Shown here piece after piece: positions 40,838 through 51,200 of a DNA stretch of 64,000 nucleotides. Under the pieces are notes generated by a model. That model ran no database searches and was not told the origin of the DNA. It worked only from the letters and a program-made list of their open reading frames with translations. The position numbers and the translations under genes were made by a program. The stretch is taken from contig CP065011.1 in assembly GCA_016699795.1 (NCBI GenBank), positions 947,449 through 1,011,448 on the forward strand, in the 5' to 3' direction. Every line of letters begins with the position of its first letter. The first letter of the stretch is position 1. The DNA comes from Candidatus Moraniibacteriota bacterium (GTDB taxonomy: Bacteria; Patescibacteriota; Minisyncoccia; Moranbacterales; GCA-2747515).

Positions 40838-41809
40838 TTATTTTCTTTTCGTACAAAGAAGGTCAGCTATACGAAGAGCTTCTTCTTTTGTTTCTGCCCA
40901 ATGGAAGATTCTTCCTTGTCGTTCCCATCTCCTAAGCCAAGTAAGCTGACGCTTGGTATAATGATGAATATCTTTGAGAAGTTCGGCGCGCATACCTTCA
41001 TAAGAAATTTCTTTTTTTAGATAGCGAGAAACCCATCGATATTCTAAGCCAAAACTTTCTAATCGATTCCAGCTGATACGATTTTCATTATGAAGTGTAT
41101 ATACCTCATCAAGCATTCCTTCTTGAAGCCTTTGATCGAGTCGTATTTCTATATTTTTATAAAGAAGTTCTTTGGAAGGATTGAGTATAACAATATCCCA
41201 TTGGAGAGATTCATTTTTTTTCTTGTGAGGGACTTTTTCTTCGATAGCACTTTCGTTATTTTCTGGAAACTGTTTTTTATGAAGGGTTATTTCTATAGCT
41301 CGAATAAGTCGAACAGGATTTGCTGTATCTATGTGATTATAATAGGCAGAATCTAAAGAGAGGAGTTTTTCTTGAAGATCTTTCAGTGAATAGGTTGAAA
41401 GCTTTTTTCTTAGTTCCGTATTGGGGGGAATATGAGGGAGCTCTCTGTTTTCTATAAGAAACTCTGCCCAAAAACCAGTTCCTCCGCAGAGAATAGGAAG
41501 GTGATTTTTATGGATAATAAGGGGAAGAATACGAAGAGATTTATCTCTGAATTTGGAAATATTATATTCAGTTCGAGGAGAAACAATATCGATCATATGG
41601 TGCTGTACACCCTCAGAAAAAAAAGCATCTTTTGGATAATCATCACGAATGACTTTTCCTGAACCGATACTCATTCCTCTATAAATCTGACGAGAATCAC
41701 ATGAAATAATTTCTCCTTCAAATTTTTTGGCTATTTGAATTGCTACATCAGACTTCCCCGATGCTGTGGGTCCAAGAACGGCTAATGCTTTTTGAGAATT
41801 ACCTTGCAT
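40838..41809 (-). CDS. miaA: tRNA dimethylallyltransferase
   Basis: N-terminal P-loop LGPTASGKSD...IISCDSRQIYRGMSIGSGK is typical of MiaA. Confidence 0.88.
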   Translation of the reverse strand: MQGNSQKALAVLGPTASGKSDVAIQIAKKFEGEIISCDSRQIYRGMSIGSGKVIRDDYPKDAFFSEGVQHHMIDIVSPRTEYNISKFRDKSLRILPLIIHKNHLPILCGGTGFWAEFLIENRELPHIPPNTELRKKLSTYSLKDLQEKLLSLDSAYYNHIDTANPVRLIRAIEITLHKKQFPENNESAIEEKVPHKKKNESLQWDIVILNPSKELLYKNIEIRLDQRLQEGMLDEVYTLHNENRISWNRLESFGLEYRWVSRYLKKEISYEGMRAELLKDIHHYTKRQLTWLRRWERQGRIFHWAETKEEALRIADLLCTKRK

Positions 41810-41827
41810 AGAGAAAATAAAAAATTC

Positions 41828-43600
41828 CTATTTCTTGATTGCTTCAGAAATTTTTGCAATACATTCGTCGAGAGAAACAATGGGATTTTCAAAAAGTATT
41901 TCCTGAGAATTTTCTTGTTTATGCTCTCGTATAGCTAATGTTTGAGATATCATTTCTTTTTCTCCTACCACAGCTATAAGGGGAATCTTTTGTTTTTCAG
42001 CTTCACGAATTCGCTTGCCAAGAGATTCATTGGAATTCATATGTTCTATGCGTATACCTGCCTGTGTCATTTTTGAATACACCTCATTGGCATATTCAGA
42101 AAATTTTTCTGAAACAGGAATAAGAGCTATTTGAACTGGAGCAAGCCAAAGAGGAAATGCTCCAGCATAATGCTCTATAAGAAAAGCGAAAATTCTTTCA
42201 AGGGATCCGATAGTACTTCGATGAATCATAACAGGTCGTTTTTCTTGACCGTCTTTATCGGTATAGACAATATTAAATTTTTCAGGAAGTAGAAAATCGA
42301 TTTGAGCAGTAAAGAGTGTATCTTCTTTTCCATTAATATTCCTTCCTTGTACGTCTAATTTTGGTCCATAGAAAGCAGCTTCATCTTCGGCTTCTGTATA
42401 AGGAAATTTCATTTCATCCAAAGCCTCTTTCATAAGAGATTCGGCATTATTCCAAAGAGTATCATCATCGTAATATTTCGTTTTGTTTTTGGGATCACGT
42501 TTGGAAAAACGATAGAAGACATTTTTTTCTAATCCAAGTTTTTTCATTCCTTCACGAATCATTTCACAAACTTTTTTGAATTCTTCTTTGAGTTGTTCTG
42601 GTGTAACAAAAAGATGTCCATCAGTGAGTTGAAATTTTCGAACTCGTATCATTCCCATAAGTTCTCCAGATTTTTCGAATCGAGAATAGTCCGCTACTTC
42701 AGCATAACGAACAGGGAGATCTCGATAACTCAAAGGTTTTCTTTGGAGAAGTCGTATGTGATGTGGGCATGCCATTGGACGAAGATAGAATTTTTCTCCG
42801 TCCATATCGATAGGGGCATACATATTTTCTTTGTAGTGTTCGAGGTGTCCTGATATTTTGTAGAGATCTTCTCCACCCATAAAAGGAGTTTCTACATGAT
42901 CATAGCCATATTTTTTTTCTAATTCTCGAACATAACGAATAAGCTCATGTTTTATCGTCGTGCCTTTAGGTGTCCAAAGGGGGAGACCTTTTCCAACTGC
43001 TTCATCGATATAAAAAAGATCGAGTTCTTTGCCAAGTTTCTTATGATCTCGCTTTTTAGCTTCTTCAAGAAAATGAAGGTGTTCTTCAAGATCTACTTTT
43101 GTTTCGAAGAGAAATCCATAAATTCGCTGAAGTTGAGAATTGGCACTATTTCCTTTCCAATAAGCACCCGCAATTCTTTCTAATTTAAGCCCTTCTTTGG
43201 GGATTTCTCCTGTAGAATCAACATGAGGACCACGGCAAAGATCCGTAAAATTTCCATGATGATAAAGACTTATTTCTTTTTCTCCTTGAATTTTAAGATC
43301 ATGAAGAAGTTCAGTTTTGTAAACTTGACCAATACTCTCGAATCGTTCAATAGCGGAATCAATAGAAAGAACAGCCTTATCAAAAGGATGATTTTCTTTG
43401 ATAATTTTTCGCATTCGTTCTTCTATACGTTTGAGATCCTTGGCGCCAAGCGGTTCTGAAAGTTCGAAATCATAATAAAACCCATTTTCAATAGCCGGAC
43501 CTATTCCAAGTTTTGCATCAGGATAAAGTTCCAAAACAGCACTTGCTAATACGTGCGCGGTACTATGGCGAAGAGTCTCGAGATGTGAATTTTCTTTCAT
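41828..43600 (-). CDS. thrS: Threonyl-tRNA synthetase
   Basis: N-terminal ...LRHSTAHVLASAV... second additional domain, class II catalytic core and C-terminal anticodon-binding domain; 590 aa. Confidence 0.93.
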   Translation of the reverse strand: MKENSHLETLRHSTAHVLASAVLELYPDAKLGIGPAIENGFYYDFELSEPLGAKDLKRIEERMRKIIKENHPFDKAVLSIDSAIERFESIGQVYKTELLHDLKIQGEKEISLYHHGNFTDLCRGPHVDSTGEIPKEGLKLERIAGAYWKGNSANSQLQRIYGFLFETKVDLEEHLHFLEEAKKRDHKKLGKELDLFYIDEAVGKGLPLWTPKGTTIKHELIRYVRELEKKYGYDHVETPFMGGEDLYKISGHLEHYKENMYAPIDMDGEKFYLRPMACPHHIRLLQRKPLSYRDLPVRYAEVADYSRFEKSGELMGMIRVRKFQLTDGHLFVTPEQLKEEFKKVCEMIREGMKKLGLEKNVFYRFSKRDPKNKTKYYDDDTLWNNAESLMKEALDEMKFPYTEAEDEAAFYGPKLDVQGRNINGKEDTLFTAQIDFLLPEKFNIVYTDKDGQEKRPVMIHRSTIGSLERIFAFLIEHYAGAFPLWLAPVQIALIPVSEKFSEYANEVYSKMTQAGIRIEHMNSNESLGKRIREAEKQKIPLIAVVGEKEMISQTLAIREHKQENSQEILFENPIVSLDECIAKISEAIKK

Positions 43601-43780
43601 AAAAAAGTATTTACATTTGAAATCAATAGTCCCATACTATCTTGAATAGGGGAAAAATACAAGAAAAATATAAAATTTTATAATCTTTTTCTTTTTTAAT
43701 AAAATGATACTTTTTATTGACAGCTGGTGTAAAAAAAGATAACCTTGTATTGCCTTTATTTAACTTAACGAGGTCTTAAC

Positions 43781-45118
43781 ATGGTCGTAAAACCCAATCC
43801 TTTAAGCGGTTTTCCCGAATTACTTCCACAGGAGCAGATTGTTTTTCAACGTCTACTCAATATTATTCGGGAAGGATATGAACTCTTCGGTTTTTCACCG
43901 ATAGAAACTCCCGCAGTAGAACGTAAAGAAGTTCTAACATCAAAAGGAGGAGATGAAAAGGAAATCTATTCTCTTACTCGTCTTGCTGGTTCCGAGGGTT
44001 CTAGCGATACTGAGATGGCGCTTCACTTTGACCTTACGGTTCCTTTGGCTCGTTATGTAGCGATGCATAAAGAACGTTTAACCTTTCCATTTCGTCGCTA
44101 TCAAATACAAAAGGTATGGCGAGGTGAACGGGCACAGGCTGGACGATATCGCGAGTTTTATCAGTGTGATATTGATGTTATCGGTCGAGGCACTCTCGGT
44201 GTCTTATATGATGCTGAAATGCCCGCGATTATCTATACAATTTTCCGAAAGATGAATATCGGGAAATTTGTGATCCGGATAAATAACCGACGTATTCTAA
44301 AGGCTTACTTTGAGTATGTCGGGGTTCCGAATGAATTAGTTGGTGATGTATTACGATCTGTCGATAAGCTCGAGAAAATAGGGTTTGAACAAGTTGCCCA
44401 AGAAATTCACTCGAGTACTTTACTTGATGAAGCGACGGTTTCGTCGATGCTAACATTTCTTGGAACGAAGCGAAAAACGTTTGATATGCTCGAATTCCTT
44501 AAGACTCAACCTTTTGGGGAATCATTTCAAAAGGGTGTTTTGGAACTTGAAGAGGTGGTTCAGGGTATTCAATCTTTGGGGGTTGAAGAAGAATACTTTG
44601 TGATCGATTTGACAATCGCGAGGGGACTTGACTATTACACAGGAACTGTGTACGAGACTGTTCTCCTTGATTATCCAGGATTAGGAAGTGTCTGCTCGGG
44701 AGGGCGTTATGATGATCTAGCGAGTTTTTTCACAGATGAGAATTTACCTGGGGTTGGTATATCAATCGGGATTACTCGTCTTGCAATCACTCTCATGAAA
44801 GAAAACATTCTCAAAGTAGGATCGTCGACTCCAGCATTGGTGCTCATTACTTCTATGGACAGAGCGCTTATGTCGAGATATTTTGAGATTGGAAAAACAC
44901 TTCGGAATGTTGGCATTAATACGGAAGTGTATCTTGAGCCGGGATCTCTCGGAAAACAACTCAAATATGCTAACAAAAAAGGATTTCCATTCGTGATCAT
45001 TCTGGGTCAGCAAGAGCTTGATAATGGCGTTGTGCAAATCAAAGATATGCAGACGGGGCAATCGATAGTAAAGGATAGGAATACTTTAGAAGAATATCTT
45101 CTTAGTATTCTTGGATGA
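43781..45118 (+). CDS. hisS: Histidyl-tRNA synthetase
   Basis: Class II motifs; FRRYQIQKVWRGERAQAGRYREFYQCDIDVIG is characteristic of HisRS. Confidence 0.92.
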   Translation: MVVKPNPLSGFPELLPQEQIVFQRLLNIIREGYELFGFSPIETPAVERKEVLTSKGGDEKEIYSLTRLAGSEGSSDTEMALHFDLTVPLARYVAMHKERLTFPFRRYQIQKVWRGERAQAGRYREFYQCDIDVIGRGTLGVLYDAEMPAIIYTIFRKMNIGKFVIRINNRRILKAYFEYVGVPNELVGDVLRSVDKLEKIGFEQVAQEIHSSTLLDEATVSSMLTFLGTKRKTFDMLEFLKTQPFGESFQKGVLELEEVVQGIQSLGVEEEYFVIDLTIARGLDYYTGTVYETVLLDYPGLGSVCSGGRYDDLASFFTDENLPGVGISIGITRLAITLMKENILKVGSSTPALVLITSMDRALMSRYFEIGKTLRNVGINTEVYLEPGSLGKQLKYANKKGFPFVIILGQQELDNGVVQIKDMQTGQSIVKDRNTLEEYLLSILG

Positions 45119-45140
45119 TTATCTGGTCTGCTTAGTAAAA

Positions 45141-45180
45141 CACGCCGTCCATACGTTGTATGGCGGCGTGCATCATTTTT
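45141..45180. terminator. Bidirectional rho-independent terminator (13-bp stem cacgccg(t)ccatac / gtatggcggcgtg)
   Basis: Long GC-rich hairpin with T-runs on both strands, between hisS (+) and the small minus-strand ORF. Confidence 0.55.
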
Positions 45181-45189
45181 CTTGAAGAA

Positions 45190-45390
45190 TTATTTTTTTT
45201 GTTCTTTGATAGAATTTTCTCCTGTCACGATCATGGTATTTTCGGACGCTAAGGGCGTGTATCCAGGACACGATGAAAGAGGAAAATTTCTCCTCCCAAG
45301 CACTTGATGGATGGTCGGACCTAAACTGAACTGACCCTTCTTAATGTGGGATTCTTTGTCCCATCCACAATGTTGACATGAAGATATCAT
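45190..45390 (-). CDS. Candidate small Cys/His-containing protein (66 aa, MISSCQHCGWDK...)
   Basis: An internal Met with a good SD (gggagaaaag) is the chosen start; the ORF ends at the bidirectional terminator; locally elevated GC. Confidence 0.3.
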   Translation of the reverse strand: MISSCQHCGWDKESHIKKGQFSLGPTIHQVLGRRNFPLSSCPGYTPLASENTMIVTGENSIKEQKK

Positions 45391-45496
45391 GATTCTTTTC
45401 TCCCGCACGTTGTATTGAAAGGTGATCATAGAGTAGAGAGAAAATAAAAATAAATCAAGATGTGTTTGTAAATGTATTTGTAAAGAGATATTTTAT

Positions 45497-46204
45497 ATGA
45501 AAGAAGTTGTAATTAAAAAAAGGAGGAATGATGGATTAAGTCCGGGTAATATTCTTACCTATGAGCAATTAAAAAAAATTCAAGAAGGTGAAAATGATGA
45601 AAATTTGGTTTCCCTTGATGAAAGTATTATCTGCTCATACAATCGTTTTGATATGCTCCCTATTACGGGAGAAAAGATTTATGTTCGTAAAACAGTTGCG
45701 GACAAGCTTTTGTATATTCAAAAAATTCTTCAAGAAAAAAATAAAAATTATTTTCTTAAGGTGTTATACGGGTACCGACATCCATCTATTCAAGAGAAAT
45801 ATTTTAATGAAATGAAAGGAGTTCTTAGGTTACAACATAGGGGAATCTCAGAAGAAATGCTAAATTCTATTGTTCATAACTATATAGCTGTTCCTGATGT
45901 GGCTGGACATCCAACTGGAGGAGCAGTGGACCTTACAATAACAACTCGAGAGGGAAATATTGATATGGGAAGTGATTCTGAAGATTATACGGATCAAGAA
46001 AAAATGCAGACTTTCTCAAAAAAAATTTCAAAAGAAGCGCAAAAAAATAGAATTCTTTTGCATGATCTTATGCGATCAATTGAGTTTGCACCATTTTATG
46101 GCGAATGGTGGCATTTTAGTTATGGAGATAGAGAATGGGCATGTTTTTATGATAAGGAAAAATCATTATATAATTTTAAAGATTTTACTATATCCAAAAA
46201 ATAA
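45497..46204 (+). CDS. D-Ala-D-Ala dipeptidase, VanX/DdpX-like (peptidase M15D)
   Basis: HPTGGAVDL and EWWHFSY motifs, the Zn-ligand and catalytic signatures of VanX-type dipeptidases. Confidence 0.7.
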   Translation: MKEVVIKKRRNDGLSPGNILTYEQLKKIQEGENDENLVSLDESIICSYNRFDMLPITGEKIYVRKTVADKLLYIQKILQEKNKNYFLKVLYGYRHPSIQEKYFNEMKGVLRLQHRGISEEMLNSIVHNYIAVPDVAGHPTGGAVDLTITTREGNIDMGSDSEDYTDQEKMQTFSKKISKEAQKNRILLHDLMRSIEFAPFYGEWWHFSYGDREWACFYDKEKSLYNFKDFTISKK

Positions 46205-46256
46205 AATGAATTTGACAGGGTTTTTAAATATGTTATTTTCCTTTTAGTACCAACTT

Positions 46257-47048
46257 TTGAGAGATATCATCATGAATCAAAATCTATATATCGTAAAAGC
46301 TGCAGGGGGGAATCCTACTATCATCGAGGTAATCGAAAATCCCCTTACTCGTTCTTCTTATGAACAGCACGGACGCAGATTGATGGGTATTGGAGCTTCA
46401 TATGGTGTTGAGCAAAGCGGATCGCTTGTTATTCCAAAAAATGGAGCTCTCGCTCATTTTGAAATGAGTGGGGGAGAGTTTTGTGGGAACGCAGCTCGCT
46501 CGGCCGCACTCATTTTGTTTCGTTTAGGATACGGGACATTTTTACAGTTCACTATGTCGGGGATTAAAAATCCTGTTTTGGCAGAAGTGAAGGAAAATGA
46601 TGGTGTTTCAATAGTGAGTTGTACTTTTTCCGATCTTCCTTTGCAATTAAATATCGGGGAAGATGGTGAGAAGATTGTCGATTTGGGTGGAATTGTTCAT
46701 ATCATTCTTTTCAAGCCTTTTCCGGATGAATATGAACAAATACACAAACATCTCAGAGACCGTTTTTATTTAAACGAAAGAGATGCAGTGGGAGTTCTAT
46801 GGGTAGAAAAGATTCAAGAAGAAGGAAAAATTCAAATTGAGCCGGTTGTGTGGGTACGCTCAATCGAAACTTTTTTTCATGAAACTTCTTGTGGATCGGG
46901 AAGTATAGCTACTGCAATTGCAGTTGGCGTATCTGAGGTGGAAGTGGTTCAACCGACAGGAGAAAGTATTTTTGTCAAAGTTGACCACCAAACAGTAACA
47001 CTCATTAGCACTATGGAGGTTACCCAAAATGTGCCAAGTTATTCGTGA
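46257..47048 (+). CDS. DapF-family PLP-independent epimerase/racemase-like protein
   Basis: Two catalytic Cys motifs in DapF-like context: EFCGNAARSAALIL and ETSCGSGSIATAIAV; about 260 aa with a two-domain layout. Confidence 0.55.
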   Translation: MRDIIMNQNLYIVKAAGGNPTIIEVIENPLTRSSYEQHGRRLMGIGASYGVEQSGSLVIPKNGALAHFEMSGGEFCGNAARSAALILFRLGYGTFLQFTMSGIKNPVLAEVKENDGVSIVSCTFSDLPLQLNIGEDGEKIVDLGGIVHIILFKPFPDEYEQIHKHLRDRFYLNERDAVGVLWVEKIQEEGKIQIEPVVWVRSIETFFHETSCGSGSIATAIAVGVSEVEVVQPTGESIFVKVDHQTVTLISTMEVTQNVPSYS

Positions 47049-47628
47049 ACCTTGTCCAGATGTCCGAATCTATCTCATTGGTCCATGGTCGCGCATGGAG
47101 CGAGATTTTACTCGGGTGTACAAAGAATGTTTTGGTGGTCCACCGTACCATGAACAGTATGAGGATGAATGGGTAATCCAAAATGTTTACAATAAACATT
47201 TAGGACATGGTTGTGTGGCGGTTGCGTTGCGTCGTGGAGAATTGGTTGGTTTGTCTTGTGCAGAGAAGATGCTTGATGATGCAGAGTCATCACCCTATCG
47301 CTATCTGATACAACGTCAAGATGAGCTACCATTCTCAATTGAAAGCGCTTGTTATATTTCGGAAGTTGCAGTGACTGAGGGAATGCGTCGGAAGGGTGTG
47401 GGAACAGATCTTCTAAAAGTACTCTGTAATTGGGGTATGAGAAAGGGATTAACTCATTACACCGCTCGAACAGCCGCAGAAGGTTCTAATTCCATGGGTA
47501 TTTTTCGGAGTCGTCTTCATGCCAACGTGCTTGAAGGAGAACAAGACGTTGAAGCCTTCGCAGAGGAAGTGGCGACCGCAAGTAAGAAACGAGTCTATGT
47601 TTGGGGAATGTTGGACACGTATCTTTAA
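47029..47628 (+). CDS. GNAT-family N-acetyltransferase
   Basis: Acetyl-CoA binding motif ISEVAVTEGMRRKGVGTDLL; SD ggaggt 8 nt before the ATG; overlaps the upstream gene by 20 nt; elevated GC. Confidence 0.6.
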   Translation: MCQVIREPCPDVRIYLIGPWSRMERDFTRVYKECFGGPPYHEQYEDEWVIQNVYNKHLGHGCVAVALRRGELVGLSCAEKMLDDAESSPYRYLIQRQDELPFSIESACYISEVAVTEGMRRKGVGTDLLKVLCNWGMRKGLTHYTARTAAEGSNSMGIFRSRLHANVLEGEQDVEAFAEEVATASKKRVYVWGMLDTYL

Positions 47629-47676
47629 CTTCGGTAGCGAAGGTCAAATAAATCAAAGTAAATGTAGCAAGTTAAT

Positions 47677-47719
47677 AACCGATCCGGAGACAAAAAGTTT
47701 CCAGATCGGTTTTTTTTAT
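47677..47719 (+). terminator. Rho-independent terminator (about 15-bp imperfect stem plus T8)
   Basis: aaccgatccggagac-aaaaa-gtttccagatcggtt followed by tttttttt. Confidence 0.6.
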
Positions 47720-47787
47720 TAAGTATATTTGAATATATTCTTCTTTCCCCAAAGAGTGCTTCGCAAAAGATTGTAAGGGTTTCTACA

Positions 47788-47823
47788 ACAAACAAAAAGA
47801 CAATAATTCAAAATCATTGTCTT
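47788..47823 (-). terminator. Rho-independent terminator for the minus-strand tRNA pair
   Basis: Hairpin aagacaat...attgtctt (47797-47823) followed on the minus strand by a U-rich tract. Confidence 0.45.
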
Positions 47824-47949
47824 ATATGAAAAACCGATTTTATTTTTTCCTTTGGCGAAAATGAAGATTTTTTGTTTTGAGGACTTTTTAAGTATTCCTT
47901 ATTGGTCACGAAATTTTCAAATTTTTGGAGGAAATAATTTTTTAGAGAG

Positions 47950-48023
47950 TACCAGAGGTGAGATTTGAACTCACGACCCCAGGCTTATGAGTCCTGTGCT
48001 CTAACCAACTGAGCTACCCTGGC
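47950..48023 (-). tRNA. tRNA with anticodon CAT, elongator-type (Met; Ile2/lysidine cannot be excluded)
   Basis: Reverse complement GCCAGGGTAGCTCAGTTGGTTAGAGCACAGGACTCATAAGCCTGGGGTCGTGAGTTCAAATCTCACCTCTGGTA folds as a cloverleaf: D stem GCTC/GAGC, T stem GTGAG/CTCAC, TTCAAAT loop, U33-CAU-A37; pyrimidine11-purine24. Confidence 0.8.
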
Positions 48024-48039
48024 AAAATTTTAAGAATAG

Positions 48040-48113
48040 TTGCGGGGGTAGGATTCGAACCTACGACCTGGTGGTTATGAGCCACCCGAGCTGCCTGACT
48101 GCTCTACCCCGCA
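48040..48113 (-). tRNA. tRNA with anticodon CAT, initiator-like (fMet)
   Basis: Reverse complement TGCGGGGTAGAGCAGTCAGGCAGCTCGGGTGGCTCATAACCACCAGGTCGTAGGTTCGAATCCTACCCCCGCAA; perfect stems; A11:U24 pair in the D stem, an initiator hallmark; weak 1:72 pair (U-A); two G-C pairs at the base of the anticodon stem. Confidence 0.75.
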
Positions 48114-48275
48114 ATAAATTTTTCTTACAGAAACAACCTTGTTAGGGTACTGTATATTCTCTTTCACGTCAAATTTTTGGAAAGGTCTCTTTTTATTTTT
48201 TTGAAATAGAACTCCCGAAGAAGATATAAACACTTGACAAAAAAAGCTTTTTTCCTTTAGAGTGCTTGGAAAACT

Positions 48276-51200
48276 ATGAAATTGGCATACGTCAACCCCA
48301 AATTAAAGTCTCAAGAAAAGGCAAATAAATATTATTTGCTTGTTTTTTATAGTATTTTTTGCTTGATAGGTTTTATTTTTCCAAACGAGAATATTTGGGC
48401 AGAAGATTCATGGGAAAACTATGAAGATTACCAAGTTATTGATAAGAATACCGTATGGAAAGAATCTTTTGTTCAAGAAAATGTGCTTAAACCTATTGTT
48501 ATAGTCAATGGTGCTATTGTCACTATAGAACCTGGTACAAAGGTCGAAGTGGGAAAACTTATTGTATACAATGGACGCATTTCGGCTCGTGGATCATTTG
48601 CGGAGCCTATAATTTTTACAAAAATGCCCACTCCTTGGGAGAATTTTTCAAAAGAGTACGACAAAGAATGTAATTATCTTTCTCTTCCTGAAGGAACGAT
48701 TGAGTTTCAAGAATCAGTATCCACAGAAGAAGACACTCCCTCTGTTTTTGAATACGTTATCTTCGAAGAAATGGGAAGGTTTCTTGAAAATATGGAACCT
48801 CATTGTTTTGATTCCCAAGATCCTTTTGTAGGAGATCTCACTTTCCCCCCTGTGATGTTCAAAGATCCAGCATTCCGTTTTTCTTTGGGACAAGTGGAAA
48901 TAAAAAATGCATCTTTTCGAAACAATTTTGTGGCAGATGTGCAAGTAAATATGGAAATTTCTGAGGAAGACCCTTCTTTTGATTATCTTCATATCAAAGA
49001 TACTGATTTCTATGGAAATGCTCGTGAAGTCGCTATTTCTTCTTCTTTGCTTTATGAAGATGAAAACCTCGATTTTTCTCAAAGAATCCTTCTTCAAAAT
49101 AATTGGTACGGATCATTTAATGGTCCCACCTGTTCAGAAAATTCAGAAGGAGATGGAAAAAAATTAGAAGGAAAATATGAGCTTGATGGATGGAAAGAGT
49201 TTGATGCTGGTCTAGAAAAGCGATGCCCAGACTGTCTTTCTAACATACTTTTTCTTCCAGGACTTAAAGCAAGTCGTTTATATACAAAAAATGAAGATTC
49301 ACAAGAAAATCGTCGATGGCTTCCGACTGTGGGGAGTGATGACTGGGAACAGCTTCTTCTGGATAAAAATGGCAAAAGTGAATCTTCGATATACACCAAA
49401 GATGTCTTAGATTCTGTGGTTACGGGGAATATATATGAATCATTTCTCGATAGATTGAGCAAATGGAAATCCGATGGAGATATTACCGATTATAAAGCAT
49501 TCGCTTATGATTGGCGTATGAATGTGGAAGATATTGTAAAAGAAGGTGTCTTTTATCCCAATGAAGTTACTCGTTTTCTTGTGGAGGATTGTATCACTCT
49601 CGCAAATTCTTCCAAAACAGGAAAGGTGACTATAATAGCACATTCCAATGGAGGACTTCTTGCAAAGGCACTTCTTTTGGAACTTCAAAAACAAGGAAGA
49701 GAAGATCTCGCTGAAACAGTTGTGTTCGTCGCTTCTCCTCAAATGGGAACACCACTTTCCATTCTTTCTCTTTTGTATGGGTACGATGAGCCCATACCAG
49801 GAATGATGACCCAAGAAGAGGCGAGGGCGCTTGCCGAAAATATGCCAGGAGCATATGGACTTTTGCCCACACGTGAATATTTTGATGCTGTAAAAGATCC
49901 TTTTATTCATTTTAATTCTGATCATACTCGATACAAAACATTCAAAAATATTTTTGGAAAGGATATTGAAACATACGACGAATTTACAGATTTTCTTTTA
50001 GGCACATCAGACAAACGCAAAGATCCTGATGCCGAAAAAATTGATGAAGAAAATGTTTTATCTCAAACACTTTTCAAACAAGCCAAAGAAACAGCGTATC
50101 GATTAGCCAATTGGAAACCGGGAGAAAATATTCGCATAGTGCAATTAGCTGGGTGGGGCTTGGATACCGTTTCGGGAATTTCCTACAATGAAGAAGAAAA
50201 AGGTCGTTGTTATGCTCTTTCAGGTGCTGTTCCTTCTTGTGTAGGAATAGGTGAATACAATCCTCTCTATGAACCTGTTTTCTCTTTTGATGGCGATGGT
50301 ATCGTCACCGATCCAAGTGCTCTTATGCTTGGACAATCGGACGATAGAGAACGCTATTGGGTAAATTTGTTTGAGTATGATGATGAAAATATCATAAATA
50401 GAAGACATAGGGATATCCTTGAAACTGATGCTGTTCAAGAATTTCTCGAACATATTATCGAGAAGAAAAACGAAGAGGATCTTCCAGAATTTATAACCCA
50501 AAAAAGACCAGAATTCAAAGATGGAACAACCTCTTCTCTTCGTATTACACTCCATTCTCCTTTAGATCTTCATATCTATGATAGCGAAGGTAGACATACT
50601 GGTTTGGAAACTTTGCGCGTAGATTCTCAAGATGTGCAAGTGATACAAGAATCTATTCCCAATACTTCATATTTTCAATTTGGAGAAAGAAAATATATAC
50701 ATATTCCCAAATCAAAACAGCCTATTCGTGTAGAACTTTTCGGTTATAAGGAGGGCTATTACACCCTTTCTTTGGAAGAAATAGAACATTCAGCAAAAGG
50801 AGAGAAATCGGTTGAAAAAATAGTGTATTCTCTGGTTCCAACTTCTTCTTCCACAAAAGCTTTTTTGGAGATCCCGTCATCAGGAGTATCGTCTGATATA
50901 ATACTTCGAAATGATTATGATGGTGATGATCCTGGACAAGAAAATATACTCTACCCCAAAAAAGAAGAGAATGTTTCTTCTCCAATTCTTTCTTCTCGAA
51001 AAGACGAAACTTCCATTCAAGATGAAGATCAAACCTCGACAAAAAACTCGAGAAAAAGCACGTCTATTTCTTCTATAAAAATAGCAAGCTCCCCACTCGA
51101 AAAACAACAAAGATTATTTGAAAAAATTTCTTCCAATCAAAACGAAGTAAATTATAAAAATCAAGAAATGATACCTACGTATTCAGAAGAAATATCTCAA

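Noticed and set aside
40380-40856. Minus-strand 158-aa ORF downstream of miaA
   Set aside because: It would require a TTG start overlapping the miaA stop by 19 nt and it lacks an RBS. The competing plus-strand ORF at 40237 has a good SD. Neither has homology I can recognise, so the plus-strand call is kept at low confidence.
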